Source: a virus. Taken from it: 64,000 bases of DNA. The notes beneath the pieces are model-generated. The model made no database searches. It worked only from the letters and a program-made list of their open reading frames with translations, and was not told the DNA's origin. Below are positions 1 through 8,969 of this stretch, piece by piece. Where the stretch lies: positions 16,533-80,532 of IMG/VR virus record IMGVR_UViG_3300020171_000003. One strand, given 5' to 3'. The translations under genes were made by a program, and so were the position numbers. How positions within the stretch are numbered: position 1 is the stretch's first letter; each line of letters begins with the position of its first letter.

Positions 1-78
1 TCCGGTTCTTTACTGTTAAAGAAAACCTTTGTTTTCTTTTCAAGAAATTCTTTGGAAAAAAGTTCCATGAGTGTTCCT

Positions 79-1158
79 TTATTTAAATGGTAGTATATGT
101 TGGAATTTAGATCCGGAAGTGAATAAAGCTTTTTTTATCTCTGTGTCAATTTCAACAGAAGAAGAGGTTGAAAGAATTTCTTTAAGAAAATCAGGATTAA
201 GAGTGATTTCCATTTTCTCATCCTTTTGCAGAACAGTATCACAAGTGATTTCATAAGATGATTCACCTTTTGCTTTCTTTCCAAAGCAAGTGATTTTCTT
301 ATCTTCAAAAATAATCCGAATTAATTTCTCCTTTGCTACTTCTGATTCCGACATAATAGAAGTAACATTTATTGCTTTAATGAAATCATCAGCAGGTAAA
401 TTGAATTTCTTACCTTTTACTTTTTCCATTAATCCAACAACATCATCAACAGGATATTCACCTTCTGTATTTCTTGCACTTAATACAGCTTGATTATCAT
501 CCATAAAATGCAACCAATTATCTTTTAATAGATAAGCAACTGGTTTAAATTTAGCAACTTCTTTAACCGCTTTGTTTTTGATCATGAAATAATCGGAAGT
601 AATTTCCTCATCCATTTCATAAAAAGAAGCTCGTCTACCGTCACAAGAAATAACAGAACATCCGGTAACATAAAGATTTGTGAGTGTGTTTTGAAGTTCA
701 TCACCTCCAACACTAAATTGGCAAAGAGCTAAACCGTTTACAAAGTCTTTCGGCAAAGGTAACCATTCTGCTTCTTGATCAAAAATACTATCCTCAATCT
801 TGTCTAAGGCTTCTCCTAAATCATTTGATACAACAACATTGAAAGACGCTTTAGCTTTACCACTCTTTACATTAATAATACCTTCGGCTGTTTTGATCAG
901 TTGGATATCTTCTTCACTTGCAGACACAAAAGACAGGAACTCTTTTGCTGGTACAGAAAATGGAAAATCAGTTTTAAAAGGATAGTGATAACTGATTCTA
1001 TCATTATAGGTTATTACATCTTCACCGGTGAAAATGAAATGAGTCATTTGCTCGATGACCTCTTTTGCGGCTAAGCCTGGCGAAACCTTCCTCAAAGCTG
1101 ATTCGAGGAGACTCTTTTGGAACTGTGTTGACTGAATTTCTTTTTGTAATTTTGGCAT
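79..1158 (-). CDS. dnaN: DNA polymerase III beta-like sliding clamp
   Basis: 359 aa; clamp-like motifs (SCDGRR, GEYP, ITLNPDFLKEIL, terminal HILP); replication context. Confidence 0.8.
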   Translation of the reverse strand: MPKLQKEIQSTQFQKSLLESALRKVSPGLAAKEVIEQMTHFIFTGEDVITYNDRISYHYPFKTDFPFSVPAKEFLSFVSASEEDIQLIKTAEGIINVKSGKAKASFNVVVSNDLGEALDKIEDSIFDQEAEWLPLPKDFVNGLALCQFSVGGDELQNTLTNLYVTGCSVISCDGRRASFYEMDEEITSDYFMIKNKAVKEVAKFKPVAYLLKDNWLHFMDDNQAVLSARNTEGEYPVDDVVGLMEKVKGKKFNLPADDFIKAINVTSIMSESEVAKEKLIRIIFEDKKITCFGKKAKGESSYEITCDTVLQKDEKMEITLNPDFLKEILSTSSSVEIDTEIKKALFTSGSKFQHILPFK

Positions 1159-2152
1159 CTGGTCTTTCTCCTTTTTTCAAACATAAAATGTTTTCAGAAT
1201 TGTTTTCAAACCAATATGAAATTAATCTACGATATGTACCATCTATTTCTATAACTTTTCCGGACACCTCCACTTCTCTGTCATAGTTTAACATTTGAGG
1301 AAAGTTTCCTGCAAAAAACAAATTTAAATCCATTTGTTTTCCTGCTTCAAGATAAAAAAGCATATTAATGAAATCTCGCTGACTACCATCATTACATACT
1401 CCTGGTTCTATTATTTCTTCTTTACCGTTATTCATTACAGAAGAACCAACTTTAAATCCTAAACTTTCAATGTATTCTTTAAAATATCTTTTTTCTATTT
1501 TTGAGGAAGTTTGATAGTGTTTATTTTGTTCATTTCTTCTTGGACTTCTTTCTGACATTGTTACTATCCAAGGGATCTCATTAAACACATATTTATTTTT
1601 TCGTGTTTTCGGAATAATAATGAGGCCGTATCTTGAGAACTGGACCCAAGAACTTGAATCAACAGAGTACCAAGGATATCTATTCATAAGAGGTAAAGAA
1701 GTCATGGCAAAACCGTGAGTATTCTTTTTGCCAATCATACTGAAAACTTTGTCACCGAAAGATATGTAATCTTTTTTTGACATATCTTGACCGAGTCCTC
1801 CTATACCGATATATTCATAATTATCAATATAGTGTTTCAAGTATTTAAAATCTTCTTTAGGGTGAAAGACAGGTAAAGGGTTTAAATGATGTTTTTCTTC
1901 CAAATACTTCTGAACTTTTAAGGTTCCTTCTGCATTAAAGATTACGTCAATATTAACATATAATTCTAACAAGTCAACATTTTTCTTTACATATTCCGCA
2001 TAGTTATCAACGTAGGTCCAAAACTCTTCGGAGTCATAAAAGGAAAAATCAAGTGTAGAAACATCTTTCCTTTCTTTTTGTTTGTTAATAACATGTTCGG
2101 TGTAAAGGGAATGCGCTCCTGAATCAAGAAATACTTTTATATTTGGATTCAT
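1022..2152 (-). CDS. dpdA: DpdA-like DNA-guanine transglycosylase (TGT fold)
   Basis: FLDSGAHS, NIDVI, PLPVFH, YIGIGGL, HGFAMT, PWYSVDSSSW motifs; beside folE/queD/queE; start taken at ATG 2152 (MNPNIK), not the ORF-track start. Confidence 0.8.
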   Translation of the reverse strand: MNPNIKVFLDSGAHSLYTEHVINKQKERKDVSTLDFSFYDSEEFWTYVDNYAEYVKKNVDLLELYVNIDVIFNAEGTLKVQKYLEEKHHLNPLPVFHPKEDFKYLKHYIDNYEYIGIGGLGQDMSKKDYISFGDKVFSMIGKKNTHGFAMTSLPLMNRYPWYSVDSSSWVQFSRYGLIIIPKTRKNKYVFNEIPWIVTMSERSPRRNEQNKHYQTSSKIEKRYFKEYIESLGFKVGSSVMNNGKEEIIEPGVCNDGSQRDFINMLFYLEAGKQMDLNLFFAGNFPQMLNYDREVEVSGKVIEIDGTYRRLISYWFENNSENILCLKKGERPDAKITKRNSVNTVPKESPRISFEEGFARLSRKRGHRANDSFHFHR

Positions 2153-2153
2153 T

Positions 2154-3245
2154 TTATTTCTTTTTATAAAGTGGGTTCTCTGTTTTTCCTGTAAACATGA
2201 TATCCAAGCATCTTTCAAAAGATTGATCAAAAGATGTATAAAGATAATCCCACTTTCTTGGGATTTCATCAATATGCCGCATTATCATTTTTGCTGCCGA
2301 TCTTACATCTTTTTTAACATAAAGAAATTCTTGGGGTAAACATTCCGGAAACGATCTGAAATAAGGATAAACAGGACGACAATCACAAGTAAGTGCTTCA
2401 AGTAAGGTCCAAGAAACCCAATCCTGATCTGCACAATTGAATTGAATTTTAGATTCCAATAAATTGAAATAGTATTCTTCTTTGGTTAAATTTGTTTTGA
2501 CTTCAATATAATCTTTTAAATAAGAAGGTATAGAAGGCTCTTTACTGCTTGAAGTTGTGACAAGAAACTTTGGCGGATCCTGATACATTTGATTCATATA
2601 AGATACCACATTGAGAAAAAACTTAGGATCTTTTTCAGTATCCCATCTACTTGTAAAGATAACTTGTCTTTTCTTTTTCGGCAATACTTCTGGAAAGTGT
2701 GTTTTCACTTCTAAAGATTGATAAGGAAGACCTGTTAGATAAACTTTTGGTCCTATATTATTCATTTTACAAAGGTCTTGAAGTTCAGTACTTGTTACAA
2801 ATATTCCGTTAAATATTTTACCATACCCTACTTCTAAAGGACGCATCCAACTTCTCATGCTGTAAGTGAAATCAAAAATATCAACGGATTGAGCATGAAG
2901 CATGGAAAAATATTTTAAATTTAAATCGGTTAGTTCATCTGCATATTTAATCGCTTCAATTCCTGGAGTCCAGAAATCATCGAAATAAAGAATATCGCCA
3001 CGCCTTACTATACCGTTATGCATTGCTTCAAGAAAATAAGCTACTTGGGTTAAAGACCAGATACCTCTGCCGTGTGCATCAAGAACAGAACCTTGTTTAA
3101 TTTCATCAGTAAAACGCTTACCCTCTACTCTTGTATAAGCAATATCTCTTTTTTTAAGAACAGATTCAATCCAACCATCATCTTTTCTTGATAGTTGCAT
3201 AGTGTATCTTTCTTTATACGGTTCTAACGGAAAGTACCAGAGCAT
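2154..3245 (-). CDS. GT-B (GT4-like) glycosyltransferase within the DNA-modification cluster
   Basis: VIFTSRWDTEKDP and QDWVSWTLLEA...PVYPYFRSFPE motifs; abuts dpdA. Confidence 0.75.
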   Translation of the reverse strand: MLWYFPLEPYKERYTMQLSRKDDGWIESVLKKRDIAYTRVEGKRFTDEIKQGSVLDAHGRGIWSLTQVAYFLEAMHNGIVRRGDILYFDDFWTPGIEAIKYADELTDLNLKYFSMLHAQSVDIFDFTYSMRSWMRPLEVGYGKIFNGIFVTSTELQDLCKMNNIGPKVYLTGLPYQSLEVKTHFPEVLPKKKRQVIFTSRWDTEKDPKFFLNVVSYMNQMYQDPPKFLVTTSSSKEPSIPSYLKDYIEVKTNLTKEEYYFNLLESKIQFNCADQDWVSWTLLEALTCDCRPVYPYFRSFPECLPQEFLYVKKDVRSAAKMIMRHIDEIPRKWDYLYTSFDQSFERCLDIMFTGKTENPLYKKK

Positions 3246-3256
3246 AACTTTTCTCC

Positions 3257-3751
3257 TTATAAGATTGTTTTATCTTGTTTATATAACGGATCATCCAAGC
3301 GGGTAACTTTACCTTTTAGGTGATGAACACTCCACCATTTCAATCTGTCTTTAAATACCAATTTAAAATCTGTGATATACAAAGTTTGGGATTTAGATTT
3401 ATAAGTATAAGGTAAAGCAAGAACTACCCGCATGAATGTCCTATCAAAAAACTTTTCAGGAATAAAATCTAATTGTTTGGGATATTCTATTTCAATTACA
3501 ATTTCATATTCATGGTCTTTCAAAAAAGAAAAAATTTCCTCAGCATTGTAAGGAGGCCCTGGATTATTATCAGCCCCAAAATAAATTCTTCTAATATCCC
3601 GGTTATCTTCTAATGCTTTAATTATCTCCAAAAGTTTTATATATCTATCACCAACAAAAAGAGTTTTTGTCTTTCTTTTTGGACCTTCTACTTCTATTCC
3701 TGTGAAAAGTCGTCTCTTAATCATAAAACACCTCAGCTCCGTTCTCACCAT
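3257..3751 (-). CDS. Hypothetical protein of the deazaguanine cluster
   Basis: FTGIEVEG...TLFV and IYFGA motifs; tightly packed in the operon; true start may be slightly downstream. Confidence 0.6.
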   Translation of the reverse strand: MVRTELRCFMIKRRLFTGIEVEGPKRKTKTLFVGDRYIKLLEIIKALEDNRDIRRIYFGADNNPGPPYNAEEIFSFLKDHEYEIVIEIEYPKQLDFIPEKFFDRTFMRVVLALPYTYKSKSQTLYITDFKLVFKDRLKWWSVHHLKGKVTRLDDPLYKQDKTIL

Positions 3752-4064
3752 CCTCCATTACACAAACGTAAACAACATGATATCCAATGCCTTCTTTCAT
3801 ATCTGCATAAAGTTCATTACATAAATGCTCACAAGATAAGCCGGAATAATTTCTATTCACATAACTTTCTCCGATAATACTATCCAGATCATTTTTAGCT
3901 GTTATAAATTCCACATCTCTATTTTCATGCTCTACTCTGATTTTCATTGTTACATGAAACTCATGTCGGTGAATGCTTCTAAGATAATGTACTTCTTGAG
4001 GAGCATCAGGCCAATTATGAAATGCAGGGAATCTTGTGTTAATAATTACGTTTGTTGGATTCAT
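3717..4064 (-). CDS. dpdL: QueD-paralogous T-fold protein, DpdL-like (candidate CDG decarboxylase)
   Basis: LRSIHRHEF fits the LxxxHRHxF signature recalled for DpdL; RDVEF, SCE and EDGENGA motifs; a canonical QueD is present separately. Confidence 0.6.
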   Translation of the reverse strand: MNPTNVIINTRFPAFHNWPDAPQEVHYLRSIHRHEFHVTMKIRVEHENRDVEFITAKNDLDSIIGESYVNRNYSGLSCEHLCNELYADMKEGIGYHVVYVCVMEDGENGAEVFYD

Positions 4065-4067
4065 TGT

Positions 4068-4667
4068 TTACTCCTTATGAAGCAAAGAAATTTTAATAAG
4101 TTCATAACCTTTCATTTCTAAATGGCTATGTTGTTTGAAAATACCACGTACAGCAGAAGTGCTAAATCCGTTTCCACTTTGTTTTATTCCTCGAGACTGC
4201 ATACAATCATGATGACCACGAATAACAATCATTACACCCTTAGGTTTAACATGAGTCACAAAGTTTTCTATGATCTGATGGCAAAGTCTTTCTTGTGTTT
4301 GCGGTCTTCTTGAATAATGATCAATCAATCGGGCGAATTTAGAAGCCCCGATAATCTCTTTGCTTGGAATATACATCATCCAAGCAAGAAATTTAAAAGG
4401 AAGTAAATGATGAGAACACATGGAAACGAGTTCAATTTTATCAGAACAAATAATTTCATCATAACCTTCTATATTCGGTTGTAAGGAGTATTCTTCTTTG
4501 GTAAATTCAGAATTGATATTTTTGAAAAACTCCCGAGAGTACATTTTTGCCACACGCTCGGGAGTTTCCCTTAAATGAGTATCGTTCAAGTCTAAACCTA
4601 ACTCGTAAAGAAGTTCTCCTATGTGATGAGCCACGCTGAGTTCATTCTCTGTTAGATCCGGAGTCAT
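4068..4667 (-). CDS. folE: GTP cyclohydrolase I
   Basis: ETPERVAKMY, SMCSHHLLPF, GASKFAR, RPQTQERL, HDCMQSRG. Confidence 0.95.
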   Translation of the reverse strand: MTPDLTENELSVAHHIGELLYELGLDLNDTHLRETPERVAKMYSREFFKNINSEFTKEEYSLQPNIEGYDEIICSDKIELVSMCSHHLLPFKFLAWMMYIPSKEIIGASKFARLIDHYSRRPQTQERLCHQIIENFVTHVKPKGVMIVIRGHHDCMQSRGIKQSGNGFSTSAVRGIFKQHSHLEMKGYELIKISLLHKE

Positions 4668-4678
4668 TAAACTTATCC

Positions 4679-5311
4679 TTATTTTACGAGCTTATATACA
4701 CCATCTTTAGAAGGAATACTGAAACCTTTAGTAATCAAATGTTTAATGTGGCTATGAACTCTTGAAGGTGTAGTATCCAATTTTGCTGCCGCATCTTTCA
4801 GAGTAAGACCAGTAACTACCATAAGGTCAATATCGTATGCTTGAGAACCTTTTCTTGAACCCAACGGAGACAATTCATACTCTTTTTTGGGCTTATCTAC
4901 TTTCTCTTTTACTACTTTCTCTTTCTTGGGCTTAGGTTCTTTTGCAGGTCCTTTTGGGCGTCCTTTTCCTTTTTTACCTTCAGGAGGAACATCCGTCACT
5001 TCTTCCTTTTCAACTTCATCCTTGGAATCGTCTGTCGGGTTTCCATAATCGTTTTCGTCAAGTCCGTCCTCATTTTCTTCTTCTTCTACTTCATTCTTAA
5101 TCAAACCGTCATTGTAAAAAGCAATGATAGCTTCATCAAGAACAATACCATCTTCATCCAACTTTTCTACAGTTGCAATAAACCATTCACAGATAGCATC
5201 TTTCTTTGTTCCGATCAGTTTAATTTGTTCGGTTACTTCTTCCATTTCGTTCAACATTGTGCATACTTTTTTCAACTCTTTAAAATCGGTTTTATCGTAC
5301 ATTTTTAACAC
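4679..5311 (-). CDS. Acidic/Lys-rich protein with C-terminal winged-HTH-like domain
   Basis: C-terminal GSQAYDID...TLKDAAAKLDTTPSRVHSHIKHL; similar to the product of 24754-25290. Confidence 0.6.
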   Translation of the reverse strand: MLKMYDKTDFKELKKVCTMLNEMEEVTEQIKLIGTKKDAICEWFIATVEKLDEDGIVLDEAIIAFYNDGLIKNEVEEEENEDGLDENDYGNPTDDSKDEVEKEEVTDVPPEGKKGKGRPKGPAKEPKPKKEKVVKEKVDKPKKEYELSPLGSRKGSQAYDIDLMVVTGLTLKDAAAKLDTTPSRVHSHIKHLITKGFSIPSKDGVYKLVK

Positions 5312-5319
5312 CTTTCCGG

Positions 5320-5979
5320 CTATTTACAGCCAATTAGTTTGTGAATCTGATAATTAAATTTGACATGAAATAATGAATCTTTTTCCATTTTATTATATAA
5401 CATGGATGCCTGCATTACATTTTTTTCTATATCTTCGGACAAACACGGACTGAATACATGATTGAATTGTTTATACACTATAGCTTTTTCTTTGGCAAAT
5501 TGGTAATCTCCTTCATTTAAAATTACATGTTTGATTAAATCTTTCTCCCTTAGACAATTTAAATTTTTATAATTAAAAACATCTTCACTTATTGCGCTCG
5601 GACCTTTCCAATCAACAATGAAACAATCTACATTAGGAATTAAATTCTCAACACAATGTGTACCGTTAGTTTCTACTGAAATAAAATAACCTGAATCTTT
5701 TAGTAATCTACATAGTAAAGACAAATCGCCTTCTTGTTCAAATGGTTCACCTCCTGTGATTAAAATATTTTGACAATGTAACTGCTGGACTGCTTTATGA
5801 ATTTCTTTAGAAGAACACTCTGAACCCAATTCTCCATCTTGAGCTTGCTTGGTGTCACAATAAGAGCATCCACCTATACCTAAAGTGCATCCTTGCATTC
5901 GGATAAAAGTAGCCCAACTTCCTTGACCAAATAAGTTCCACTCACCATTAATGCTTCTGAAAATTTCATTGATTTTCAT
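5320..5979 (-). CDS. queE: 7-carboxy-7-deazaguanine synthase (radical SAM)
   Basis: INEIFRSINGE, FIRMQGC, CSYCDT, ITGGEP, VETNGT, terminal QIHK. Confidence 0.92.
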   Translation of the reverse strand: MKINEIFRSINGEWNLFGQGSWATFIRMQGCTLGIGGCSYCDTKQAQDGELGSECSSKEIHKAVQQLHCQNILITGGEPFEQEGDLSLLCRLLKDSGYFISVETNGTHCVENLIPNVDCFIVDWKGPSAISEDVFNYKNLNCLREKDLIKHVILNEGDYQFAKEKAIVYKQFNHVFSPCLSEDIEKNVMQASMLYNKMEKDSLFHVKFNYQIHKLIGCK

Positions 5980-6313
5980 AACCGTTCTCCCTTAAGAAAT
6001 CAAAAACCTCTTTTTTTGGAACAGTACAGTTTGCCCAACTGTTAATTGTTCCCCCGCAAATACACATATCACCTGTTTTTATATTATTTTTTAAAAGATC
6101 AGAAATGTAATAACTTTCATATCCAGTAGGTCCGCCTTCAAATTTTAATATATCCTTATTCTTTTCTTTTGCTTTTATAATAATCATTTCCAATTCTCTA
6201 TTTGATATGAGCAAAAATTTTCTGTTAATATATTTATTTGTGGCCTTGTCCCAATTACCTGTTTCTTGTGTCCATTTACTTTTGATTTTCATGCTGTTAG
6301 CTCCGCATAACAT
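5966..6313 (-). CDS. Hypothetical protein
   Basis: ORF packed between queD and queE. Confidence 0.5.
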   Translation of the reverse strand: MLCGANSMKIKSKWTQETGNWDKATNKYINRKFLLISNRELEMIIIKAKEKNKDILKFEGGPTGYESYYISDLLKNNIKTGDMCICGGTINSWANCTVPKKEVFDFLRENGYENQ

Positions 6314-6672
6314 TTATCGGTTTCATATAATCTTACTTTTTCTAAAACAATGTGTTTCGGAAATTTATTTAAAAGAAGATAATAAATCCATCTACACATA
6401 TTTTCGGCTGTAGGGTTATCAAAAAGATCATTTAAATGGGTGTGGTCTAATTTATTAATTATCCAGGTATTAACTACTTCTGACATTCTTTGAAAATCAA
6501 GAATCATTCCAAACTCAGGATCATTCACATCTTGAACAGTATTCTCCTTATCTGAAACAGTTATTTCTAACCGAAAATTATGGCCATGCGGATTTTTACA
6601 CCTTCCCTGATGATTCGGTAAAAAATGTGAAGCCGCAAAGTCAAAGCTTTTACAAACAGTCATTGTTGGCAT
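6289..6672 (-). CDS. queD: 6-carboxytetrahydropterin synthase
   Basis: FAASHFL, CKNPHGHNF, GMILDF, LDHTHLND, NPTAEN, LYET. Confidence 0.95.
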   Translation of the reverse strand: MPTMTVCKSFDFAASHFLPNHQGRCKNPHGHNFRLEITVSDKENTVQDVNDPEFGMILDFQRMSEVVNTWIINKLDHTHLNDLFDNPTAENMCRWIYYLLLNKFPKHIVLEKVRLYETDKCYAELTA

Positions 6673-6681
6673 ATTTCCTCC

Positions 6682-6867
6682 TTATTCTTGTTTCAATAAT
6701 TTTAATCTGATTCCGAAAGGTGTAATTTCTTTCACCTTAAACTTGCTACCTTTGATTTCCAACAGTTCACCAATAGTGAAAATTCCTTTAGATTTAGGAT
6801 ACTTTTTACGCATAATTGCTTCTTCTGGAGGTACTAAATATTCAAAACGTCCTTCGCCTGTATCCAT
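6682..6867 (-). CDS. Small hypothetical protein
   Basis: GGAGGA RBS; operon packing. Confidence 0.55.
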   Translation of the reverse strand: MDTGEGRFEYLVPPEEAIMRKKYPKSKGIFTIGELLEIKGSKFKVKEITPFGIRLKLLKQE

Positions 6868-6876
6868 ACTTCCTCC

Positions 6877-7311
6877 TTAAAATTCTATATTATTTAATTT
6901 ATGCAATGTGAAAGTGAGATTCTCAATACCTTGGGTAACATCATCAACATCCTCCCATAAAGAAGAATTACCATTTTCAATCGCTTCTAAAATAGCTTCT
7001 AAAATATTAATGGCATTACGGACTTTGTCTTTTCTGGATATAATGGGTTTTTGATTTTGAGAATATTTAATTTTGGGGAAGTGGACAAAGAGTTCGTTTA
7101 TTAAATCATCTATTTCGGATAGTTCACAAAGAGCATCATCAACTTCACCTAAAGCATCTTCTACCTTTTCTGCTTTTGCTCCTGAAGCTAACTTTGTTGA
7201 TTGAACAGAACCTAACCATTCGTCTAACTCATCCTTCAAGTTTTCTAAGATTTCTTCTGCATCACTAAAAGCTGTTTCCATATTGTTTGTTACTGAATTG
7301 AATTTAGGCAT
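6877..7311 (-). CDS. Acidic helical hypothetical protein
   Basis: ORF directly below a sigma70-like promoter (TTGACA at 7379-7384, minus strand). Confidence 0.6.
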   Translation of the reverse strand: MPKFNSVTNNMETAFSDAEEILENLKDELDEWLGSVQSTKLASGAKAEKVEDALGEVDDALCELSEIDDLINELFVHFPKIKYSQNQKPIISRKDKVRNAINILEAILEAIENGNSSLWEDVDDVTQGIENLTFTLHKLNNIEF

Positions 7312-7401
7312 AAAGTCTCACTTTCTTTTACAAGATTGAAAAACAAGTTGATTTCATAATAAACATAATTATGAGGGCTGTCAATAGTTTTTTTAGGTTA
7401 T

Positions 7402-8958
7402 TTAATCTTTTTTTACTATTTTTATGAGGGAATCTAAATGTGTTTGTCCAACGTGAATATTCTGGAGAATAGTGACTTGCTTGTTTTCATCAAAGTACTT
7501 ATGTCGATGGGCGATCAAACCAACTCGCATCCGGCCTGCTTTCTTTTCTTCATTACTTTGGTTCAATCCAAATAGCACATCGACATGACCAAGCTTACCA
7601 ATCCATCTTGCTGAATGCTTTGATTTAATGCTTTCAGCTTCTAAGCCTTCTCTTGTTACTTGAGTAGGAGTAATAACGGTCATTTTTTTATCTTGACCTA
7701 AAGAAGACAAAGCCATCCAAGATTGATCTTCTTTTTCTACACCAACAAGATTGTCTCGTTCTGCTTTTAAAATATCTACATAATCAATAATGAGAATATC
7801 CGGAATAAAGTTTTCATACTTTTCAAGTTGGGATAGCGATTGATATATATCCTTCACATTTGCAGTAAATTTAGGAAAAGACATGAACCGTATTCTATTA
7901 CCGTATATTTTATTAATTTGCTCTATTTTCTTAGCTACCGTAGGGTAAAGAAAATCATCCCATTCTTTTTCTATGAACCAAGAATCAAGTTCAAATTCAT
8001 TTTTATATTCTGGATGATCTTTACAAAAAGTACAAGGCTCATACGTTGAGGAACCAAAATTGAATTTCTCAACATCTGGTTTAATACTATCGACCAATAA
8101 AGAAACTCTACTGAATCTACCCGGCTTTATACAAGATCCTATTTGGTTCTTAGCACAATCCCACACAGGCATCAAATTCATTTCTTTTTTTATTTTTAAA
8201 ACAGGATCAATAGAAGGAGAAAGTCTTTTTATTAAACGTCCGGTCATTTCTGTAGGAGACATTTCAAGCGATATGAAAGCAACACGTTTGCCGGATAGTA
8301 ATCCTATTACACCCAAATCTAACGCAAAGAATGTTTTGCCTCTTTTAAATGGAGCAGATATACCAACTAACCAACCTCTTTTAATATTCCCAAGAAACTC
8401 ACCAAGATCACCAGGCATTAATAAAAATTCGTCTTTATCTTCTTCAAACACTTTGAAAACTTCATCATCAGACAAAGGGTTTATCCATCTGTTCGTTAAT
8501 TTTACAATAGGTTTGATATTCAAGAATACTGCTTCTGCTTCTTTAACTCGGTCTTGCTCTAATAAATAGCTGATTTCTTTCATGCGCTGTTCCATCTCCT
8601 GCTTTGTGAAATATTCAATAGCAGTATCAATGGCTGAAGGAGCGTTAATTGCTTTACCAGAAGCTTCATATAATTCATTTAGTTCTAATAGGATTGTTTC
8701 AATTGCTTCCACATCTTCTGATTTTAATTGGGTACTTTTTTTAATAAACACATTGTTCATATCATTTTCAGGAACTTCTCCATAAAGTTCATAATATGAT
8801 TTAACCCATTTAGCAATTGTTTTCAAGTGAGGGTTTAAAAAATAATTTATATTGAAACTTTCGTATATACCAGTGAAAAATTCTTTTGATACAATCATGC
8901 TTAGGATTATCCGCTTCTCTATAACAACATCTATCTTTTTCCGTTGAATAAGGGCCAT
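7402..8958 (-). CDS. dnaB: DnaB-like replicative helicase
   Basis: Walker A APFKRGKT, FISLEMS, IIDYVD, TPTQVTR; Cys-rich insertion. Confidence 0.85.
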   Translation of the reverse strand: MALIQRKKIDVVIEKRIILSMIVSKEFFTGIYESFNINYFLNPHLKTIAKWVKSYYELYGEVPENDMNNVFIKKSTQLKSEDVEAIETILLELNELYEASGKAINAPSAIDTAIEYFTKQEMEQRMKEISYLLEQDRVKEAEAVFLNIKPIVKLTNRWINPLSDDEVFKVFEEDKDEFLLMPGDLGEFLGNIKRGWLVGISAPFKRGKTFFALDLGVIGLLSGKRVAFISLEMSPTEMTGRLIKRLSPSIDPVLKIKKEMNLMPVWDCAKNQIGSCIKPGRFSRVSLLVDSIKPDVEKFNFGSSTYEPCTFCKDHPEYKNEFELDSWFIEKEWDDFLYPTVAKKIEQINKIYGNRIRFMSFPKFTANVKDIYQSLSQLEKYENFIPDILIIDYVDILKAERDNLVGVEKEDQSWMALSSLGQDKKMTVITPTQVTREGLEAESIKSKHSARWIGKLGHVDVLFGLNQSNEEKKAGRMRVGLIAHRHKYFDENKQVTILQNIHVGQTHLDSLIKIVKKD

Positions 8959-8969
8959 TGAGTATCTTT

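Noticed and set aside
8030-8170. Possible intein in the helicase insertion
   Set aside because: Short and Cys-rich with no HN/C splice motif; more like a Zn-binding insertion
8060-8569. Antisense ORFs within long genes (e.g. 8060-8569, 16971-17366, 50822-51184)
   Set aside because: Opposite well-supported genes and lack RBS or motifs
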